From the NCBI GenBank assembly GCA_009783265.1, contig WRHM01000002.1:94564-158563 (forward strand): DNA of 64,000 bases. Direction: 5' to 3'. The translations under genes were made by a program, and so were the position numbers. Position 1 is the first letter of the stretch, and the number at the start of each line of letters is the position of its first letter. The notes below the pieces were generated by a model. The model saw only the letters and a program-made list of their open reading frames with translations, was not told the DNA's origin and made no database searches. Source of the DNA: Oscillospiraceae bacterium (GTDB taxonomy: Bacteria > Bacillota > Clostridia > Oscillospirales > WRJC01). This document shows, piece by piece, positions 56,947-64,000 of the stretch.

Positions 56947-58098
56947 ATGGTATATTTTGACAATGCCGCAACAACAATAATCAAACCTAAAAAAAGTATT
57001 AACGAAGTTATAAATTCTATAAAAAATCACGGAAACCCCGGACGCGGAGGTTATCCGTTATCTTTAAATGCGGCGCAGAAAATATTTAATTCGCGTCTTG
57101 CGACAGCTAATTTTTTTAACAGCAATTCCCCTGAGCGGGTTGTTTTTACAGCTAACGCGACAATGAGTTTAAATATAGCTATAAAATGTTTTTTTAATCA
57201 TGATTCTCATATTATTATATCATGTTTTGAACACAACAGCGTTTACAGGCCTGTGGAAAAATTAAAAAAAACATCAAATATAAAATATAATATATTTGAT
57301 GTTTCTCTTGATAATGACGAAGAAACAATTAAAAACGCCGTAAATTTAATAAACGAAAATACCGGTATGATTATTATTACGCATGTATCGAATGTATGCG
57401 GTAAAATTTTACCTGTCAGAGATATTATTAAAAAAGCGAAAGAAAAAAAACCGGATATAATCGCAATAGTTGACGCGGCGCAGAGCGCGGGAACTTTAGA
57501 TATAGATATAAACCGCGATAATATAGATATATTGTGTGTTCCAGCTCACAAAGGATTAATGGGTATTTGCGGAATTGGAATTATGATTTTCGGCGATAAT
57601 TTAAATATAGACGAAATAATGCCTACGACAATTTTAGAGGGCGGGACGGGAATCAATTCGCTTGATACAGTAATGCCGGCAGATCTTCCTGAGCATTTTG
57701 AAGCCGGAACTCCGAATACCCCGGCAATATCCGCGCTTTTAGCCTCTGTGGAATATATACGCGAACAATCTCTCGAAAAAATTTATTTTCACGAAAAAAT
57801 ATTATATGATAAAACAATAGAAATATTAAAAAGTTTTAAAAACATAGATTTATACAGTGACTTTACGTCAAATAATTATATAGGTTCAATATTGTTTAAT
57901 ATTAAAAATTATAAGTGCGAAGAAACCGCCAGAATTTTAAACAAAAATCAAATTTTTGTCCGCGACGGTTATCATTGTTCCCCGCTCGCTCACACAAAAC
58001 TCGGAACAATCGATACAGGAGGAGTCAGAATAAGTTTTAGTTATCATAATACATTAAAAGAAATCGATAAATTTTACAGAGTTATAAAAAATTTATAG
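56947..58098 (+). CDS. Aminotransferase class V fold PLP enzyme (cysteine desulfurase / selenocysteine lyase-like).
   Basis: Start at the ATG at 56947 with a GGAGGAG RBS. Motifs VYFDNAATT and the PLP-Lys context (PAHKGLMG). 383 aa. Confidence 0.75.
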   Translation: MVYFDNAATTIIKPKKSINEVINSIKNHGNPGRGGYPLSLNAAQKIFNSRLATANFFNSNSPERVVFTANATMSLNIAIKCFFNHDSHIIISCFEHNSVYRPVEKLKKTSNIKYNIFDVSLDNDEETIKNAVNLINENTGMIIITHVSNVCGKILPVRDIIKKAKEKKPDIIAIVDAAQSAGTLDIDINRDNIDILCVPAHKGLMGICGIGIMIFGDNLNIDEIMPTTILEGGTGINSLDTVMPADLPEHFEAGTPNTPAISALLASVEYIREQSLEKIYFHEKILYDKTIEILKSFKNIDLYSDFTSNNYIGSILFNIKNYKCEETARILNKNQIFVRDGYHCSPLAHTKLGTIDTGGVRISFSYHNTLKEIDKFYRVIKNL

Positions 58099-58114
58099 TT
58101 TCAGAACATATATA

Positions 58115-59251
58115 TTAATTATTGATAAGATTATTAAGAGTTTGATTTATTTCAAATTTTTTCAAAGTTTCGTCAAGTTCTTTTTGAATTTTAATTTTAT
58201 CAACTTGATTTTTATTTATTCCGGTATTATTTTTAATTGCCCTGATTAACAAATTTTTCGGAGAATGCGTAATATCCACAAATTCTATGAGCTCTGTTTT
58301 ATAATTCTTAATTTCTAAAATATTGCATCTGATCGAATTTGTAAGTAAAGCAGAAAACCGTTCTTTTATTATTCCGTATTTTAATATATTTCGCATAAGG
58401 TTTATATTGATTTGCGAATTTATTTCATGTTCGCAGCACGGCGCGGCAAAGATTATATCAGATTGCCATTTTAAGGCGTTATATAACGCATAATCCGTAA
58501 CTGTGTCGCAGCCGTGAAGAGATACTACGATATTTGGCATAAATTTCGGTTTATAATTTTTTATATCTCCTGTTTCAAACGATAAATTTTTATATCCGTA
58601 TTTTGGCGCGAGCAAATTGCAATTTTCCACGACTTTTTCTTTTAAATCTATCCCGGTTATTTTTATAAAATCTTCCGGAAATTTTTTTATGTTTATAAAA
58701 TAATAATATAAAATAAAAGTAAGATATGATTTTCCGCAACCGAAATCTATTATATTTATTTTATTATATTTTTTATATATTTCATCGAATTTTCCGGACA
58801 TATCGTTAAAAAGTTCAACAAATCTGTTTATTTGTTTGAATTTATTATACATGCTGTTTATAATTTTAAAATCTTTTGTGAATATGCCGAGTTCAATAAA
58901 AACAGGGATATTATCTCCTTCGGTTATTATATAATTTTTTCTTCGGTTATGCTCTTTTGTTTTTATATTTATAATTTTATCTTTTGTTTTATAAAATAAA
59001 ATCTCGCTGTTTTTATTAAACGCCATATAATGCGAGTTTGTTAAAAAAATATCTGCCTGTTTATATTTCAAAATATTTTCGCGAAAAAAATCATGTAAAT
59101 TTTCAAGCAATATATTTTCGTGAAACGCCTGATTATTATAAAACGATTCGAATTGAATATAATCTTTTTCTTTGATTTTTATTCTGTGTCCGGTTAATTT
59201 TGCGGACTTTGACGAAAATATAATTTTTTGTATATCATTAAAATTTATCAT
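58115..59251 (-). CDS. Class I SAM-dependent methyltransferase with a long N-terminal extension.
   Basis: Motif I IIDFGCGKSYLT. An acidic residue at the end of beta-2 (ITGIDLKEK). 378 aa. Confidence 0.5.
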   Translation of the reverse strand: MINFNDIQKIIFSSKSAKLTGHRIKIKEKDYIQFESFYNNQAFHENILLENLHDFFRENILKYKQADIFLTNSHYMAFNKNSEILFYKTKDKIINIKTKEHNRRKNYIITEGDNIPVFIELGIFTKDFKIINSMYNKFKQINRFVELFNDMSGKFDEIYKKYNKINIIDFGCGKSYLTFILYYYFINIKKFPEDFIKITGIDLKEKVVENCNLLAPKYGYKNLSFETGDIKNYKPKFMPNIVVSLHGCDTVTDYALYNALKWQSDIIFAAPCCEHEINSQININLMRNILKYGIIKERFSALLTNSIRCNILEIKNYKTELIEFVDITHSPKNLLIRAIKNNTGINKNQVDKIKIQKELDETLKKFEINQTLNNLINN

Positions 59252-59281
59252 AAAAATCTAACTTTCTTTAATTATTATTTT

Positions 59282-60139
59282 TTATATATGTTTTTCCACC
59301 CAAATATTATAACTAATTACAGCCAGTATAATTATTATGCCGCCAGTTATAGCAAATATACCGGGAACTTCACCTGTTGCCAGAGCTACCCAGACAGGAT
59401 TTAATACAGGTTCTATCGCAGTGATAAGACAAGCGAGCAGAGCCGGAGTCTTTTTTATTCCGGCAGAAAAAAATATATAAGCTAATCCTACCTGAACAAT
59501 TCCTAAAAAAATTACGGCAATCCACGCAACCGGTTCGGCTGTAACTTCAAAAAAAATAAACGGCAAACCTATTATCGAATTAATTAAAAAACCCAGCAAT
59601 AAAGCCTGTTCCGGATTTGTATCTGTTCTTTTATTACACACAAATACGCCTGCAAATGATAATCCTGAAAAAATCGCGATAATATTACCCGCTAACGCTC
59701 CGCTTTCTAATTTGTCCGCAAAAAATAAAAGCATACCCCAAACAGTAGCAGACACAGCGATTATTTCGCTGATTTTCGGTTTCTTTTTGTAAAATACCAG
59801 TTGGATCAGTATAATAAAAATCGGCGCGCTGAACTGTAATAAAATAGCTGCCGCCGCAGTAGTTAATTTATTTGCGAACACAAACAAAATTGTAGTTGAA
59901 GAAAGACATATCGCGGCGATAATATTCCCGGCTGTAAAATTTATTTTAACGCTCCTACGATATATTATAAATACTATCGCCGCAAGTAAAGCACGCAAAC
60001 CGATAATGCTCATCGCTCCCCACGTGATAAATTTAATGCAAATCCCGCCGAAACTCCAGCATATCGAAGCCGCTACCATGTATATAGGTCCTGTTCGTTT
60101 TTTTTGATTGGATTGATTAGATTTTATCATAGTTATCAA
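59282..60139 (-). CDS. DMT superfamily (EamA) transporter.
   Basis: Ten TM helices in two EamA repeats. 285 aa. Confidence 0.75.
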   Translation of the reverse strand: MITMIKSNQSNQKKRTGPIYMVAASICWSFGGICIKFITWGAMSIIGLRALLAAIVFIIYRRSVKINFTAGNIIAAICLSSTTILFVFANKLTTAAAAILLQFSAPIFIILIQLVFYKKKPKISEIIAVSATVWGMLLFFADKLESGALAGNIIAIFSGLSFAGVFVCNKRTDTNPEQALLLGFLINSIIGLPFIFFEVTAEPVAWIAVIFLGIVQVGLAYIFFSAGIKKTPALLACLITAIEPVLNPVWVALATGEVPGIFAITGGIIIILAVISYNIWVEKHI

Positions 60140-60153
60140 TAAATTCCCTTGTT

Positions 60154-61974
60154 TTATTTAAATAAATCAGAATCAGTATGCGGAAGAAACAATGCGCCTA
60201 AATATTCGTCCATATACCCGGATTCATTGCTTAAATCAATATATGTTATCCTGTCCGCGATTTCCATAACTTTTTTTCCTTTTTCTTCTGATAATAATAT
60301 CTGATACGCTCCAATTATCGAAGTGTTTCCAAGATATATAATTTTTTCCGGCGGAATATTCGGCAATAACCCTATTGTTTTTGCGTTTTCGATATTTAAA
60401 TATCGGCCGAAACCTCCGGCTATATATATTTTATCAATATCATCAAATGCCAATCCCATATTATTTAAAAGAGTTCGGCATGCTGAAAATATCGCGCCTT
60501 TCGCACGGATTAAATTATCTATATCGGCTTCGCTTATCGTTATGTTTTCTGTGATATAAAATTTATACGGTTTTTTGTCTTTTTTGATTTTATCAGGAAA
60601 TTTATCAGTAAATCTTCCTGCGGCGTCAATTATATTTTTTTCAAACATTTCGCCGACAATCGATATTATTCCAGAACCGCATATTCCAACAGGCGGCGCG
60701 TTATCTATTGTTTTAATTGTTATTTCTCCGGTTTCGCTGATATTAAAACAATCTATCGCGCCCTGTGACGCTCTCATGCCGAATTCTATCCCGCCGCCTT
60801 CAAACGCCGGACCTGCCGAACAAGCGCATCCAAGTATAAATTCGTTATTGCCGAGTAAAATTTCACCGTTTGTACCTATATCCAAAAATAATATAATTTC
60901 GTTTTTATCTTCGCATAACGGAGTACACAAAGCCCCCGCAGTTATATCGCCGCCGACATAACTTCCGACAGACGGAGCAAATTTAACCGGAGCATTTATA
61001 TTTATTTTAATTCCTGTTTCAAACGCGTTAAATACCGGAATTTTAAAAACTGCCGGAGTATATGGATCAAGCCTTATATATTCGGGAATTATTCCTAAAA
61101 ATAAATGTATCATCGTAGTATTTCCGGCTATTGACGCGTAATATATTCGATTTATATTTATTTTATTTTCATCGGATATGATTTTAATTAAATTATTTAT
61201 TGTATTTAGAATTCGGCTCTGTAATTCGTTTAAATTTTTTTGTGCGTAATTAATTCTTGTTATAATATCAAGTCCGCATTCTATTTGAGCGTTATAATCA
61301 GTTTTTCGTGATATTATTTTTCCGGTAATTAAATCAACAATCCAAACAGTAACAGTCGTAGTGCCTATATCTATGGCAATCCCGTATATATTAGTATTTT
61401 CAATATTTATTATATCAATAATATTTAAATTTTCGTTTTCAAAATAGTAAAGCATTTTAACTTTACCGTCATTTTCTCTGAGTTTTAACGGCAAAGTTTT
61501 TAATATTTCCAACGGAATTTTTATACTTTTAATTATTTCAGAAAATTTTAATTTTAATGATTTTTCTAAACGGTCAAAATCAGATAATCCGTCAAGCGGC
61601 GCAGCTTTTAAAATCTGTAAATCTATTTGCTTTACAATTGGATTTACGGTAAAATCGTTTATTTTTTTAACATCAAAAACATCGTCGAATTTTCCTTCTT
61701 CTCCGTAAAGCCCCGATAAAATTTCTATTGTGACATCTTCGTCTAATATATTCGTCTGACATATCAACACATGGTTTTCTTTTGAATTTTTATAACTGCC
61801 GGATTTTACGTCAACTTTTCCGGATATAATTTTCACTAAACATTTACGGCAAACACCTTTTCCGCCGCATGGAGTTTCAACGGAAACACCCGCAAGCCTC
61901 GCGGCTTCCAAAAGCGGCGAGGCTGTTTTTGCTTCTATTATTATATTTTGCGGCATAAAAGTTATTTTCGGCAT
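60154..61974 (-). CDS. Corrinoid activation/regeneration protein (RACo-like): an N-terminal [2Fe-2S] ferredoxin fused to an ASKHA ATPase domain (DUF4445).
   Basis: N-terminal plant-type ferredoxin motif CGGKGVCRKCLVKI...C. The central and C-terminal parts carry actin-like ATPase glycine-rich loops (DIGTTTV, DIGTNGE). 606 aa. Adjacent to acsC. Confidence 0.7.
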   Translation of the reverse strand: MPKITFMPQNIIIEAKTASPLLEAARLAGVSVETPCGGKGVCRKCLVKIISGKVDVKSGSYKNSKENHVLICQTNILDEDVTIEILSGLYGEEGKFDDVFDVKKINDFTVNPIVKQIDLQILKAAPLDGLSDFDRLEKSLKLKFSEIIKSIKIPLEILKTLPLKLRENDGKVKMLYYFENENLNIIDIINIENTNIYGIAIDIGTTTVTVWIVDLITGKIISRKTDYNAQIECGLDIITRINYAQKNLNELQSRILNTINNLIKIISDENKININRIYYASIAGNTTMIHLFLGIIPEYIRLDPYTPAVFKIPVFNAFETGIKININAPVKFAPSVGSYVGGDITAGALCTPLCEDKNEIILFLDIGTNGEILLGNNEFILGCACSAGPAFEGGGIEFGMRASQGAIDCFNISETGEITIKTIDNAPPVGICGSGIISIVGEMFEKNIIDAAGRFTDKFPDKIKKDKKPYKFYITENITISEADIDNLIRAKGAIFSACRTLLNNMGLAFDDIDKIYIAGGFGRYLNIENAKTIGLLPNIPPEKIIYLGNTSIIGAYQILLSEEKGKKVMEIADRITYIDLSNESGYMDEYLGALFLPHTDSDLFK

Positions 61975-61991
61975 AATTTTTATATTGTTTT

Positions 61992-63323
61992 TTATTTTAA
62001 TAATACACTTTTCACAAAACTTTCAATATCAGCAGCTTCACCCGGTCCGACGATAATTTTATATCCCGGCAATTCTTCTTCGAGTTCGCCGCTTATTTGC
62101 GCAACATATCCCGGAATTATTATCTCACGGGTATCCACTGAATTTGCAAGCCCGATTTCTTTGATAAAAGCGGCGATTTTTGCTCCTGAAAATTTCCCTG
62201 CCGCCCACGCTGTCAAAACGCTCATTCCTTCGCATTCGGGAATTATAAGCCATGCGTTTACGCCGCTGTTTTCAATTTCACCGGAAACAAGAAAATAAGT
62301 GAGAGAAAAATTTGTAGTGACAAATATCGGCGAATTTCTGTCAGGTTCGCCTATCGCGTATAATTTCGGTTCGACCTGTATCGGTTTTTGCGGGTCTGTG
62401 TAAATATTTTGCCGTAAAGTCATCAACGTTACAAGCTGTGCGGGGTCAAATACCGGTAAAACTATAATTCCGCCGTATTTTATTATTTCGTTTGTAGCAA
62501 TAACCATATCTTCAGTTTCGTCGCCTGTTTCTATATATTTTAACGTAGCGTATCCGAGAGATTTTTCGCTGTTTTTTAACGCGGCTTTTCTCGCGATAGA
62601 ATTTGTCTGGAAAGCTTCTGCAAGCGAATAAGTTTTAAATTCTATAAGTAAATCGTTGAACCCGTCCTTTTTTAATTTTGCCGTAATTTCGCGGATCCCG
62701 TCAATATCGTCGGCAGTTACGGCTAATATATGCCTGTTTTCTCTGGCGATTTCACGCATTTTATCGGCATTTTCACCAGTCACTCCCGAAATTATACTTA
62801 TTGAACCCGCGACGGCTTTAGCCGCCGCTTCAACAGCTTCGTCAGAACCGCGTAAAATCAACGGCAATTCTGTTATTTCATATATTTTTTTCGCAATTTC
62901 GGAATAAATATCATTATCAGAATTTTTTTGCGTAACCGCAATCGCTCCTACTGTCAAAATTTCCCCTACCCTTTCGAGTTTATATTCTTTAATTTTTTTT
63001 GCAATTTCAAAAGCGTCAGGGTTATCGGCATTTATGTTGATTGCGATAACCGTTCTGTTTACGAAAGTTTTTTCATGTCTGTAAAAAACAGTTTCTTCAC
63101 CCAGAGAACTTATATTTTTATTGCCGATCTTTACGCCTTTAACAGGAGGTTCGCTCGCTGCTCCTAATATTTGTTTCGCTTCTTCTGACGCATACGGACA
63201 TTCGTCCAAACTCGCTTTTTTCCCCGCGAGTTTCATTGCAAACGCCATGCATGTGCTGCAACCGCACTCTTTGCAGTTTGTCGCCGGCAAAAGTTTTTGT
63301 ATCTGTAATCCGGTAAGAGCCAT
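61992..63323 (-). CDS. acsC: Corrinoid iron-sulfur protein large subunit (acetyl-CoA decarbonylase/synthase gamma subunit).
   Basis: N-terminal [4Fe-4S] motif CKECGCSTCMAFAMKL...CPY, central TIM barrel and C-terminal B12-binding Rossmann domain. 443 aa. Confidence 0.8.
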   Translation of the reverse strand: MALTGLQIQKLLPATNCKECGCSTCMAFAMKLAGKKASLDECPYASEEAKQILGAASEPPVKGVKIGNKNISSLGEETVFYRHEKTFVNRTVIAININADNPDAFEIAKKIKEYKLERVGEILTVGAIAVTQKNSDNDIYSEIAKKIYEITELPLILRGSDEAVEAAAKAVAGSISIISGVTGENADKMREIARENRHILAVTADDIDGIREITAKLKKDGFNDLLIEFKTYSLAEAFQTNSIARKAALKNSEKSLGYATLKYIETGDETEDMVIATNEIIKYGGIIVLPVFDPAQLVTLMTLRQNIYTDPQKPIQVEPKLYAIGEPDRNSPIFVTTNFSLTYFLVSGEIENSGVNAWLIIPECEGMSVLTAWAAGKFSGAKIAAFIKEIGLANSVDTREIIIPGYVAQISGELEEELPGYKIIVGPGEAADIESFVKSVLLK

Positions 63324-63324
63324 A

Positions 63325-64000
63325 TTATTTCCCCTCCCTGTTATTGTAATTATCCATCAATTTATATATAGTTTCTTTTGTTGTTTTAACCGATTCGGGG
63401 TTATACATAATCAATATATCCGCTCCCGCGTAAAGTAAAGTCTGCGCCGTCGCCGTTTCCCAATATTCCGCACGTTTTTTCAAATCTCCCCAAATCGGGA
63501 AATCTTTTTCGAGTGCTTTTATTTCTTTTATTTTCATACACTCCTGCCCGACTGATACAATCATAGGATTTCTCAGCATATTATCTCCGCTCAAGCCTGT
63601 CTGTCTGATTCTTTCCATTACAGAGTATGTATATTCAATCCCGTAACCGATTGTGCTTGTCATTGGGTCTATTATAATTTTATCGGCGGAAAGTCCCATA
63701 TTTGTCAGCAATATATTTAACTGCTTGCTGATGTTTACATCAATCGGAGCTTGCGCGACAAGTGTGTGTCCGTATGCCATAACCGCTCCTGCGATAGTTT
63801 TATAGTTATCCTGCTCGACCCAGTTAAATAATAAATTTTCACCTGCGTATTCCTGAGCTATGGCTTTCATAACTTCGTTATTCTTGTCAAAATTATTATG
63901 TCCTGTGATAATCAACGGTACATTTACAGATTTTAATATATTCCCGACAAACTCAATTGCTTCTTTCGTAGATTTATTGCCTTTTTCCGGGTGAGTGCCC
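63325..64000 (-). CDS. acsD: Corrinoid iron-sulfur protein small subunit (AcsD/CdhD-like pterin-binding TIM barrel). 5'-truncated by the window edge.
   Basis: The frame stays open to the window end; the track's M at 63915 is an internal TTG. The DHPS-like barrel blocks (IIDPMTSTIGYG, ADILIMYNPE) and the position next to acsC support AcsD. Confidence 0.6.
   Translation of the reverse strand, partial: GTHPEKGNKSTKEAIEFVGNILKSVNVPLIITGHNNFDKNNEVMKAIAQEYAGENLLFNWVEQDNYKTIAGAVMAYGHTLVAQAPIDVNISKQLNILLTNMGLSADKIIIDPMTSTIGYGIEYTYSVMERIRQTGLSGDNMLRNPMIVSVGQECMKIKEIKALEKDFPIWGDLKKRAEYWETATAQTLLYAGADILIMYNPESVKTTKETIYKLMDNYNNREGK

Noticed and set aside
1-64000. Search for CRISPR arrays, IS elements, integrases and phage genes.
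   Set aside because: I saw no regularly spaced direct repeats, no transposase or integrase-like ORFs and no terminal inverted repeats. The tRNA-Gly locus shows no adjacent integrase. The window looks like core chromosome with small accessory insertions.

Overview
This is an AT-rich (about 28-30% GC) chromosomal segment that looks like a Firmicutes/Clostridia genome. Genes are densely packed, mostly co-directional, with Gram-positive-type RBSs. Recognisable core genes include lon, engB, lysA, argD, argF, galT, galE, wecB, helD, manA, trmL, secA, a MATE efflux pump and one tRNA-Gly(CCC) on the minus strand. At the 3' end sits a Wood-Ljungdahl-type corrinoid module (RACo, AcsC, AcsD) running off the window. 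I saw no transposase, integrase, phage structural genes or CRISPR array. The strongest candidate for an undescribed system is a four-gene cluster at 18037-24478. It has two ABC exporter half-transporters, each with an N-terminal soluble PH-like domain and a Cys4 zinc ribbon ahead of the membrane domain. A GNAT-like protein and a bipartite DUF1854-like protein sit between them. Other items worth a second look: an orphan MT-A70 adenine methyltransferase; two sigma-70/ECF-like proteins with long fused C-terminal domains; a flotillin/NfeD operon with a poly-Asp NfeD and extra membrane proteins; three adjacent enzymes with aminoglycoside-modifying-like folds (nucleotidyltransferase, phosphotransferase, acetyltransferase); a GC-rich structured element between convergent genes at 54741-54875; and a promoter followed by a terminator hairpin in the leader of an ABC-2 operon. 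All calls rest on motifs read directly from the translations and DNA. No database search was run.
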